Source: Pseudobacteriovorax sp. (lineage in GTDB: Bacteria > Bdellovibrionota_B > Oligoflexia > Oligoflexales > Oligoflexaceae). From it: DNA of 45,763 bases. Of the stretch, positions 37,773-45,763 are shown one piece after another. Position 1 is the stretch's first letter, and each line of letters starts with the position of its first letter. The notes under the pieces were generated by a model. The model had not been told where the DNA came from and did no database searches. It saw only the letters and a list, made by a program, of their open reading frames with translations. The stretch lies in NCBI GenBank assembly GCA_050293845.1, contig JBNKNM010000022.1:1-45763 (forward strand). The letters run 5' to 3'. A program made the translations under genes and the position numbers.

Positions 37773-37793
37773 TCTCGGGAAAGTGGAATTTTA

Positions 37794-39173
37794 GTGGAAC
37801 AGAATTCAAGTTATAAAGAAAACTATCTTGAGTCCCTGCGGCAAGAATTAGTTGATGTTGTTGCTAGCAAGATGAGCCCCGTAGCCAAAAAGTATGGTTA
37901 TTCACAATCGGGCCTTGAAGAAAAGATTAAGTGGCGGCCTGTGGTGTTGTTATTAGGTAACTATTCTTCAGGAAAATCTACCTTAATCAATGAACTGCTT
38001 GGTGCATCAGTCCAAAAAACAGGTCAAGCACCGACTGATGACTCTTTTACTGTCATCACCCATGGTTCCCAGGATCATGAAGAGGAACGGGATGGAATGG
38101 TTTTGGTTAATGATCCCGAATTTCCCTTTGCGGCTCTGAAGAAGCAAGGCAAGCGGTTCTTATCCCATTTCCGCCTCAAGCGGGTCCGTTCTCCCTTTCT
38201 GGAGAATCTTGCTATTATTGATACGCCTGGAATGCTGGACAGTGTTTCTGAAAGGGACAGAGGTTATGATTACCAAGAGGTAATCGGAGAGTTTGCAAAT
38301 ATCGCAGATCTCATTTTGGTATTGTTCGATCCCCATAAAGCAGGGACGATCCGTGAAACCTATGAGAGTTTGAGGAGAACTATTCCGAAAGCCACCTATG
38401 AAGACCGCGTTTTGTTCGTGTTAAATCGGGTAGATGAATGTGAAAATCTCAATGACTTATTAAGAGTCTATGGAACATTATGCTGGAATCTTTCGCAAAT
38501 GACTGGCCGTAAGGATATTCCCCATATCCACTTCACCTACTCGTCCGAGAATAAACATCCCCCTGAGTTTCTTCAGCTGTTAGGAAATCAAAGGCAAGAT
38601 CTTAAAAAAGATATCAGCAATGCTCCTAAACACCGGCTTGACCACTTAGCGACCTATATTGAAGAACATGGCGAAAAATTACTACTGCAATTAAAAACCC
38701 TGATTGCATTTGGAGACAAGAAGAGAAAACTAATGCAGAACTGGGGAGCAGGCGGATTGGCTCTCGCTAGCATTATAGGACTATTGCTGTACTATTTTCT
38801 TGTTGCTGGAGCTTGGCAAGAAATTGTTCCAGCCCTATTGGTTCCTTTTTTAGCAGGCGGTGTCGCTCTTATTCTATTCATTTTGTGGTGGATGCTGATA
38901 AAGTCGACGGTTTTTGCAAGATTTTTTCAAAAAAGCATCGATAATCCACGATCTTTGGTACAGCTTTCCACACAGTTTGAAAAGGACCACTGGGAATGGG
39001 TTGAAGATAAATATCGCGACTTTATGGTTGAATCTAAAGGAGAGTTTTCTTTGTTTCAGCTCCATCGCGACTATCGCAATATCAAAAAGTCCTGTATCCA
39101 AGCCTCGAAAGATGCGCGCGAAGCCCTTGCGGAGTACAAGAGTCTTTCCTATGAAGGCCAGGAGGCTCCTTAA
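37794..39173 (+). CDS. EHD/dynamin-superfamily P-loop NTPase with a C-terminal TM hairpin
   Basis: PVVLLLGNYSSGKST, APTDDSF, IIDTPG, DRGYDY, LFDPHK, VLNRVD; two hydrophobic helices near the C-terminus. Confidence 0.85.
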   Translation: MEQNSSYKENYLESLRQELVDVVASKMSPVAKKYGYSQSGLEEKIKWRPVVLLLGNYSSGKSTLINELLGASVQKTGQAPTDDSFTVITHGSQDHEEERDGMVLVNDPEFPFAALKKQGKRFLSHFRLKRVRSPFLENLAIIDTPGMLDSVSERDRGYDYQEVIGEFANIADLILVLFDPHKAGTIRETYESLRRTIPKATYEDRVLFVLNRVDECENLNDLLRVYGTLCWNLSQMTGRKDIPHIHFTYSSENKHPPEFLQLLGNQRQDLKKDISNAPKHRLDHLATYIEEHGEKLLLQLKTLIAFGDKKRKLMQNWGAGGLALASIIGLLLYYFLVAGAWQEIVPALLVPFLAGGVALILFILWWMLIKSTVFARFFQKSIDNPRSLVQLSTQFEKDHWEWVEDKYRDFMVESKGEFSLFQLHRDYRNIKKSCIQASKDAREALAEYKSLSYEGQEAP

Positions 39174-39859
39174 TATTTATCCGTATAAATGACGGCGTCA
39201 TCGACGCCTGCTGCCTTTAGGATACTTTTGCTAGTTGCCATCATGGGGGGAGGCCCGCAAAGAAAGTACTGGGCGTCTTGAGCGATCATTTGGTTTAAGA
39301 TTGCCGTTACCGGACCCCTTAAATAATTTTTATTATCAGCATTTTCGTCGACTAGACAGTGATACGAGAAATTTTCGAACCGAGCAGCCAAATCTCTGAA
39401 ATCTTTTAGATAGGGAAATTGCTCAGGGTTTTTGCAACCATAAATAAGAATCGTACGGGCAAGTGACTGGTGGAGTCGCCATAAAATCATCGAACGCAGA
39501 GGAGCGATTCCTGAGCCTCCAGCTACAAAAACAGCCATATTTTCATGGTGGGGAATTGCGAATCGTCCTCCGGCTGGCGAAATAGCTAGAGTATCACCTG
39601 GTGCTAAGGCTGTCAGGGCTTGGTCTATCTCAGAATCTTCAGAGGAAGTGATACACAGTTCTATGACTCCGTCTTGTCTGGGAGCAGAGGCGATAGAGTA
39701 GGGGCGGGATACAGTTTTGCTAAAAACGTTATAGTGAACGAAACAATGCTGACCTGGTTTTTGCGCATAAGGTCCCGTGGTTTTTAAGGTAAGTAGTTTG
39801 TAGGGACCACAGGATTCGATCTTGGATAGGGAAAAATTAATAGTATCTTTTTCTGACAT
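39170..39859 (-). CDS. Ferredoxin-NADP reductase-like FAD/NAD(P)-binding oxidoreductase
   Basis: RPYSIAS, AGGSGIAP, LCGPPPM. ATG 39859 (GAGG SD) is preferred. Confidence 0.88.
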   Translation of the reverse strand: MSEKDTINFSLSKIESCGPYKLLTLKTTGPYAQKPGQHCFVHYNVFSKTVSRPYSIASAPRQDGVIELCITSSEDSEIDQALTALAPGDTLAISPAGGRFAIPHHENMAVFVAGGSGIAPLRSMILWRLHQSLARTILIYGCKNPEQFPYLKDFRDLAARFENFSYHCLVDENADNKNYLRGPVTAILNQMIAQDAQYFLCGPPPMMATSKSILKAAGVDDAVIYTDKY

Positions 39860-39918
39860 TGTAACCTCATATAAATGGTAGCGGCGCCATGAATAGCATG
39901 GTAGCCCCCATGGGGTCA

Positions 39919-40518
39919 CTAAAGCAATCTGTCGTCGAGTCTGAATTGAAACATGACTTCATCATAACCAAAATTTTTATCGTCAACGGAGCGCCCCCAA
40001 TAGTAACTAGGGGGATCGTTGATAAAACTCAGTTCATGATGAGCTAAGTTAATACCGAAATACTTGGTTAAGTATATATTCATACCCAATTCATAGCTGA
40101 CCTTTACTGAGTTCGCTGCACTATTATCAATGCGCCAGGAGTCATAACTGATTGATATATTGGCATAGGGAGAGTACTTGAAATGGCGAAATGGTGAGAC
40201 GCGCATAAAAAGGCTGACATCATAATGGAGGGCTAAAGGGCTAATAGTTTCAGTGTCTTGTCGAAAATATCGCAAAGATTGGCCTACTTGAAAGTAATCA
40301 GCCAGATATTGAATGAGGTTCATTTCTGTTCCAAAGCCCTGAGCGCTCATCAACAGACCCAGCTCGGCTTCAAAGTTTGTTGGAACAAGTGCCGGTTCTA
40401 GTTCATCCCAGTATTGCGGCTCGACCTCGATATCGACCTCTTCTACTCCTTGACAAGGGGGTGGTAGCAGTGAAAATACGAGGCTGAATATCAGCAGCAT
40501 CTGATAGAAATATTGCAT
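39919..40518 (-). CDS. Putative small outer-membrane beta-barrel protein
   Basis: Signal peptide and alternating aromatic strands (SPYANISISY, YELGMNIYLTKYFGINL); GAGGAG SD before ATG 40518. Confidence 0.6.
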   Translation of the reverse strand: MQYFYQMLLIFSLVFSLLPPPCQGVEEVDIEVEPQYWDELEPALVPTNFEAELGLLMSAQGFGTEMNLIQYLADYFQVGQSLRYFRQDTETISPLALHYDVSLFMRVSPFRHFKYSPYANISISYDSWRIDNSAANSVKVSYELGMNIYLTKYFGINLAHHELSFINDPPSYYWGRSVDDKNFGYDEVMFQFRLDDRLL

Positions 40519-40681
40519 GGCTTTCTCCTCTCTTAGCATTCATTATAACGCCAAACTAACGTTGTCCCAATAGAAGCTTCCTTTTCGTTTGTGGTAGGGA
40601 GATGGAAAGTAGCATTTTTTTTGCGCGTCAAGTATAAACTCCATCTACATCGTTGTTTTTTAGGTTTGAAGGAGTAAAGAA

Positions 40682-41677
40682 ATGACAGTACGGGTCGGAA
40701 TTAATGGTTTTGGTCGCATTGGACGAGTCGTTATGCGCGCGGCCCTTCGTCAAGGAGATGTCGAGGTTGTCCATATTAACGACTTAACAGATACCAAGAC
40801 ATTAGCGCACCTTCTGAAGTATGACTCAGTTCATGGCACGTTCGATGCGCAGGTGGAAGCGAAAGAGAATGCTATTGTTATTAACGGAAAAGAGGTTTCT
40901 GTTTCGGCATTGCGTGATCCTAAAGAGTTGCCCTGGTCAGAGAAAAAAGTGGACTTGGTGCTAGAATGCACTGGAATTTTTACTAAACGAGATGACGCTG
41001 AAAGGCACTTGGCAGCAGGCGCTCCTAAAGTTCTCATTTCGGCACCTGCTAAGGGTGAAGATATTACTGTGGTCTATGGGGTTAACCATGACAAGTTGCA
41101 AGCAGAACACAAGATTGTATCAAACGGTAGTTGTACAACGAACTGCCTAGCCCCAGTAGCAAAGATCCTCAATGATAATTGGGGTATTGATTATGGCCAA
41201 ATGACAACAATTCATGCCTACACCAATGATCAGAAGGTCTTAGACCTACCTCACAAAGACCTTCGTCGTGCTAGAGCAGCTGCTTTGAGTATGATCCCCA
41301 CATCCACAGGAGCCGCAAAAGCCATTAGTTTGGTACTTCCTGAGCTGGAGGGAAAGCTAAATGGTATGGCTGTAAGAGTTCCGACGGCAAATGTGTCTTT
41401 GGTTGACTTAACTGTGCAACTGAATCAGGAAACAACAACGGAAGCTGTAAATAAAGCTCTGGCCGAAGCTGCGGCAGGCCCTCTTCAAGGTATTCTGGGT
41501 TTCAGTGTAGAGCCCTTAGTTTCCATCGACTTTAACGGAAATACTCACTCTAGTACCGTTGATGCCCTGAGTACCATGGTGTCTTCCGGTAAAATGGCTA
41601 AGGTTCTATCTTGGTATGATAACGAGACTGGCTTTAGTAACAGGATGCTGGATGTGGCGCGTCTCATGGCAAAGTAA
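40682..41677 (+). CDS. gap: Type I glyceraldehyde-3-phosphate dehydrogenase
   Basis: GINGFGRIGR, SNGSCTTNCLAP, RVPTANVS, WYDNE. Confidence 0.97.
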   Translation: MTVRVGINGFGRIGRVVMRAALRQGDVEVVHINDLTDTKTLAHLLKYDSVHGTFDAQVEAKENAIVINGKEVSVSALRDPKELPWSEKKVDLVLECTGIFTKRDDAERHLAAGAPKVLISAPAKGEDITVVYGVNHDKLQAEHKIVSNGSCTTNCLAPVAKILNDNWGIDYGQMTTIHAYTNDQKVLDLPHKDLRRARAAALSMIPTSTGAAKAISLVLPELEGKLNGMAVRVPTANVSLVDLTVQLNQETTTEAVNKALAEAAAGPLQGILGFSVEPLVSIDFNGNTHSSTVDALSTMVSSGKMAKVLSWYDNETGFSNRMLDVARLMAK

Positions 41678-41730
41678 TTCCTCCCGTATCTGGAATGAGT
41701 CGGATTAACAAAATCCTCAGCAAATATTGC

Positions 41731-41761
41731 CACCATTGCGAAGAGTAGATTTGCAATGGTG
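41731..41761 (+). terminator. Hairpin in the gap 3' region (terminator or stabiliser)
   Basis: CACCATTGCGAA-N7-TTTGCAATGGTG; lacks a clear U-tract. Confidence 0.4.
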
Positions 41762-41935
41762 TATCCTGGGGACGACGGCGGGTTACGAGTTTTTAAGATC
41801 CTGTGGTAATGGAGATTTTATTGCGGGGTCATAATGGACTGGTAAGAGGCTGCGAATTCGGTTTTGGTCATAGTGGTTGAGTTTTGAGTGTACAGTTCAC
41901 ATTGCTTGAAAGCCGCCAATGTGGTAATACTAATA

Positions 41936-41955
41936 ATCTCATAACGTTATGAGAT
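41936..41955. promoter_or_regulatory. Perfect 20-bp palindrome (operator candidate)
   Basis: ATCTCATAACGTTATGAGAT, about 40 nt upstream of the pentapeptide gene. Confidence 0.55.
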
Positions 41956-41996
41956 ATGAATTGGTGCTGAAGTGAGCAAATTCCCAAGGGGGTGAT

Positions 41997-42407
41997 ATGA
42001 GTAAAGGTTCCGATAATCTAGTTACCTTGACGCGAAAAGAGGTTTTGGAGCTTTTGGCTGAGACGAAAGACCTGAGATCTAAAGACATGCGTAAGGCGAA
42101 CCTGATCAAAATTGACTTCTCTGGCTGCGATTTGCGAGATGCAAATTTCTCTTATGCGAACTTAAAGGACGCAAGTTTTCGAGAGTCAGATCTTCGCGGA
42201 ACATCTCTTTGGAGCGCTAACCTAGAAGGTGCTGATTTCACAGGTGCCAATCTTGAAGATGCTGATCTCGATTACTCTAAATTGCGCGGTGCCGTTCTCT
42301 ACCGGGCAAACATCCGTCGGGCATCTCTGCCTACAGAGCTTATCCCTCGTGAGGATATTATTGCGTCAGTTGAGACGGGTTGTAAAGTTGGGGTAAAGCG
42401 TTACTAG
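41997..42407 (+). CDS. Pentapeptide-repeat protein
   Basis: A(D/N)LxxA repeats: ANFSY ANLKD ASFRE SDLRG ... ANLEG ADFTG ANLED ADLDY. Confidence 0.92.
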   Translation: MSKGSDNLVTLTRKEVLELLAETKDLRSKDMRKANLIKIDFSGCDLRDANFSYANLKDASFRESDLRGTSLWSANLEGADFTGANLEDADLDYSKLRGAVLYRANIRRASLPTELIPREDIIASVETGCKVGVKRY

Positions 42408-43087
42408 TTATTATCCAGGAAGTTTCTTAGCTTCTCTGCATCAGTAGCTCCTTCCTGGTCATTTATAGCAGTTGCTATGGTGTTGACATTACTCGCAGCA
42501 TCCTGAGTGCCATCGTCAGAGCTGTAATTGCTAATTGTGCTTTGGGCACTCACTAAATCCTGAAGTATCTGCACTGCGCTAGCATCATCCAGCTCTAAAA
42601 GTTCTTCAGCAGATAATGAGCCATCTCCATTACTATCAAAAAGTTTGGTTCTTAGGGTTAGTAATGAGGTGTAGAACATAGAAAGTTTAAATCTATCTGC
42701 TTCATATAAGTCTGCCTCAGGGATGCTTTCGAGAAGATTAACAGCTTCTTGAAGAAGTGAAATATTACTCGTGGTGGCCTCAGGAACCACTGTGAACAAC
42801 CCCACAATGTCGCCTGTTCCCCCAGAGCTAGCCATGTTTAATGCGAAATCCATAGTATCGACGCCCCCTTTTTGGGCTTTAGCGGAAGCTAGCAGAGAAA
42901 CTAACTCATAATTTAGAGGGTCCTCTTTGATAGCAGCCTCCAATATATTAATCGCTTTATCTGATTTCTCTTCGTCAAGTGCAGCGCTGGCGGCTTCTGC
43001 GGGATCTTCATTATCGAATTGCTGGTATATATTGGTTCCACAACCTCCAAGATTCATCACAAGCAATAAGCGTATAAGATGTAACAT
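42404..43087 (-). CDS. Lipoprotein with a TPR-like helix pair and an EF-hand-like loop
   Basis: Lipobox LGGC; KAINILEAAIKEDP; DSNGDGSLSAEE. Confidence 0.75.
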   Translation of the reverse strand: MLHLIRLLLVMNLGGCGTNIYQQFDNEDPAEAASAALDEEKSDKAINILEAAIKEDPLNYELVSLLASAKAQKGGVDTMDFALNMASSGGTGDIVGLFTVVPEATTSNISLLQEAVNLLESIPEADLYEADRFKLSMFYTSLLTLRTKLFDSNGDGSLSAEELLELDDASAVQILQDLVSAQSTISNYSSDDGTQDAASNVNTIATAINDQEGATDAEKLRNFLDNN

Positions 43088-43100
43088 AACAGCCAGCTCC

Positions 43101-44198
43101 TTAAATTCCAGACTTTATACTGAAGAAAAATCTGCTATCAGGACGGACCCCAGATGTGGAACCTACCTCCGCGGTATAGGAACCCAAATCGAATCGGACC
43201 AAATAAAGATTTAAAAATAAACCAAATGTCGGATAGCCTTGGTGCAGACCACCCGAGAAGCCAAAAAAATTGGCGAAATTCAATTCTGCACCAATATAAG
43301 TTTTCTTAAAGTAATTAGTTTCAATTTGGTTGGTTAAATCGCGTAGGTCTAATAAGAACTTCATCTGACTGAGATGAGTGGAGAAGGTTGCGGATGTTCC
43401 TATGTTAAGCAGTTGAGGAAGCGTACGGCTATGTCCATCAGCCTTTTGATTATCAAGCTTCATCGTTCCAACATTTTCCATTGTGATCCCTAGTTTCAGT
43501 GGTGTTCTGCCGTTACTTTTTAGAAGTATTCCGAGATCAGCGCCGGCTCCTGTATACTTTTGTTGCACATTGTCGCTTTTTAGTTGATTGGAAACGTTTT
43601 CCGCATCAAGTACATTAATGGAAAGCTTAGCGTGGGTTTGGTTTAAGTACTTTAAAGTAGTACCAATAGCTAAGGATTCATTGAAGAATTGTTCAGCGAT
43701 ACTAAACGCTACACCTGTGTTTGTCACAGAATTGGCATCTAAAACTTCCACAGCACGGTTTTGCGGTGACTTGTAGAGCAGTAAGTTGTTTTGTGTGCTA
43801 GCGAAAGCACCCAGTGAAGCCCTGCGAAAAACTATACCGCTAAAGTTATTGGCCCCAATGTGCTGGTTTTTCCCTACATGTTCGCGAAGACTAGCTACAG
43901 AATTGTCTTCCTCTACAAATACTTTACGGGCGAGGTTTTTTGTATCATTTGAAATGATTATAGTGGGAGAAGCAAATACGGTTTCTTTATAAATACCTTT
44001 GCCAATTGCTAGTCCAGCTGGATTATAAAAGATTGCTTCATAGCCTTCGGCATCGGCAATACCGGTATCCCCACGTCCTAAAAAGTAAGCACTATGATAC
44101 ATACGGTAAGACTCTAATTCCTCAGCATATAGAAAAGAGCCTTGACAATAAGACAATAGAGCTGTGGTAATGAAAAGGTTTATAAGAATTTGCTTCAT
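43101..44198 (-). CDS. Outer-membrane beta-barrel, TraF/PorV/FadL-like
   Basis: LGRGDTGIA...AIFYNPAGLA motif, IGTTLKYL, GADLG, GGLHQGYPTFG. ATG 44198 gives a signal peptide. Confidence 0.75.
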   Translation of the reverse strand: MKQILINLFITTALLSYCQGSFLYAEELESYRMYHSAYFLGRGDTGIADAEGYEAIFYNPAGLAIGKGIYKETVFASPTIIISNDTKNLARKVFVEEDNSVASLREHVGKNQHIGANNFSGIVFRRASLGAFASTQNNLLLYKSPQNRAVEVLDANSVTNTGVAFSIAEQFFNESLAIGTTLKYLNQTHAKLSINVLDAENVSNQLKSDNVQQKYTGAGADLGILLKSNGRTPLKLGITMENVGTMKLDNQKADGHSRTLPQLLNIGTSATFSTHLSQMKFLLDLRDLTNQIETNYFKKTYIGAELNFANFFGFSGGLHQGYPTFGLFLNLYLVRFDLGSYTAEVGSTSGVRPDSRFFFSIKSGI

Positions 44199-44236
44199 TG
44201 TGCGCTCGTAGCTCTTTTTGCCAACAATCACTGGCA

Positions 44237-44263
44237 GAATCGGTTCTACGAGAATAAATTTAA
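44237..44263 (-). promoter_or_regulatory. sigma28-like promoter for the barrel-lipoprotein operon
   Basis: TTAA-N15-ACCGATTC. Confidence 0.45.
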
Positions 44264-44322
44264 ATATTATCTGAATATGCTAGTAAAATGCTTAAGATTC
44301 TAGGTAATTAATTAATACTATA

Positions 44323-44344
44323 GAGGGACCTTGAGAGGTCCCTC
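44323..44344 (-). terminator. GC-rich hairpin, probable terminator
   Basis: GAGGGACCT-CTCA-AGGTCCCTC followed by the A/T-rich TATAGTATTAATT. Confidence 0.55.
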
Positions 44345-44652
44345 AGCCCTAGCCACCTAAGGTGATAAGTGTAAATGAGATGAAATAAAAGGATTAGTCA
44401 GTACATGCGGCAAATAATATTGCCAAAAACGAGAAAGGACAAGAAAAATGCAGTGGTAGAGCTTTTCTAGTATTTTTGATCATCCGCTTGTTTTATACCG
44501 AAGTAACAGGAAACTATTAATTTTTAGACTTAATTTTGTTTCCACAATTCCGGATGACCGTGTTTAGATATAATTAAATGTTGGACTTGTCAACATCGCA
44601 AAAAAAAAAATTAAATTTTTTTGGGAAATGTTTGGAAAAATTACGGGAGTTC

Positions 44653-45763
44653 CTACAGTTCTATAGGTGACGATTCTTGATTTTCCTCATGTTCTTCAGA
44701 ACCTTCACTCTTAATAGACGGTGAAGGCATTAAGGGTTCGCGAAGAATTTCATCTCTTAAAGCCCTTGCTGCGACGCTTAAATTAGCAATTCCCGCCTGA
44801 GCTAAAGATTGTAGATAAGTTGCTGAGCGATAAAGAAGAGCGACCAAATCCCCTTCTGCAAATTTCTCATGACAAACTTTCTTGCGCAAACTTATCCAAC
44901 TACTTCCCCTTAACCATTCATTGACTGCATAGCCAGCATCTGGGTTAAACTCTCTTATTAAATAGTAATTTCTCCTTCCTGAAGGTGGGTCGTAGAGCTC
45001 CTCAAATAATTCCAAGGGATAAAACTCTTGTAGCTGCTCTTCTATCTGATCAGCATCAAAGGGGAAGCGATATTTAGGAGAGCACCCGGGCTCTTTGAAG
45101 CGAGCTAAGCTTAAGCAAGCCATCAGTTCAAGACAGGCTAGTAGGTTATCTTCGCGGATGGTTCCTGCATCGATCATGGAGGCTATTAAAAGACCACCTC
45201 CCTGTGGAAAATATCTTGCTATGGAACCTGAGGGTGAAAGCTTATCTTGATTGTCCAAGCAGCCAATACTGTGAAGGTGAACATGGAGCGCGGCGACCGA
45301 GCCATTGTAGTTATGGTTGATATAGTCATGGCATTTGTTATGGATGGGACAGATGTCACACTTACTTTCCAGATTCTCAATATGCAGAGATACTTCATGG
45401 GCAGGGGACTGGCACGGAATTTTATCCTCACCGAGGGCTTTGCGCAGCGTTTCTTGCCTGAGCAGGCTGAAATCTATATTGCGATTAGCAAATCCAAGGA
45501 AGCTTTTCTTATAAAAATTTTCGATGTCTTTGAGTTTGAATCCTCTACCGACAAGGCCTAAAAATGTGGTGGGATCATTTTTCAATCGCGAAGTACAGCG
45601 ATCTCTAGTGGTTTGGGAGAACTTATAAAAAGATTGTACTGATGGCCAAAGGCTAAATCCAACTAAATCCTTACCACGACGGCCGGCACGACCGAGCATT
45701 TGCAATACTTCTGAAGCCGTATACTGGGTAAAGCCACTCTCGCCCGGTCGTCGATAATCCGAT
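44653..45763 (-). CDS. Ski2/HelY-like DEAD/DEAH-box helicase, C-terminal part (5' end outside the window)
   Basis: The frame stays open to the window edge (SDYRRPGESGFTQYTASEVLQMLGRAGRRG, motif VI); DSHCT-like EGDLVALLYR...LQSL. Confidence 0.85.
   Translation of the reverse strand, partial: SDYRRPGESGFTQYTASEVLQMLGRAGRRGKDLVGFSLWPSVQSFYKFSQTTRDRCTSRLKNDPTTFLGLVGRGFKLKDIENFYKKSFLGFANRNIDFSLLRQETLRKALGEDKIPCQSPAHEVSLHIENLESKCDICPIHNKCHDYINHNYNGSVAALHVHLHSIGCLDNQDKLSPSGSIARYFPQGGGLLIASMIDAGTIREDNLLACLELMACLSLARFKEPGCSPKYRFPFDADQIEEQLQEFYPLELFEELYDPPSGRRNYYLIREFNPDAGYAVNEWLRGSSWISLRKKVCHEKFAEGDLVALLYRSATYLQSLAQAGIANLSVAARALRDEILREPLMPSPSIKSEGSEEHEENQESSPIEL

Noticed and set aside
43101..44198. 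Conjugative element suggested by TraF-like similarity
   Set aside because: The window has no relaxase, T4SS, integrase or att-like repeats.

Overview
AT-leaning, gene-dense bacterial chromosomal segment, probably from an Oligoflexia/Bdellovibrionota-type organism. That assignment is an inference from a DgcB-like FHA-GGDEF cyclase, a DUF4360-like lipoprotein, a TraF-like barrel/lipoprotein pair, H1-like basic proteins and several sigma28-like promoters. About 42 CDSs are supported, with no rRNA, tRNA, CRISPR, transposase or phage genes seen. Recognisable genes: an MdlAB-like ABC pair plus a second ABC ATPase/permease, acetoacetate-CoA ligase, tailed HU, folK, HAD-IIA, pdxA, uvrA-like, gamma-CA, nnr, rpoZ, ugd, a flavin disulfide reductase, rmuC, xseAB, an EHD/dynamin-like NTPase, gap, a pentapeptide protein and a partial Ski2/HelY-like helicase. 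Most notable: an ImmA/IrrE homolog with HMxxH instead of HExxH, divergent from a PilZ gene; five recurring FliA-like promoters linking c-di-GMP genes and unknown proteins; a 116-nt rod-like intergenic RNA candidate; a tandem pair of diverged unknown paralogs; a UvrA lacking its insertion domain; an XseA with an extra N-terminal domain; a sigma54-preceded HExxxH protein; and a possible orphan small transcript near 44.3-44.6 kb. All calls come from reading motifs by eye; no searches were run.
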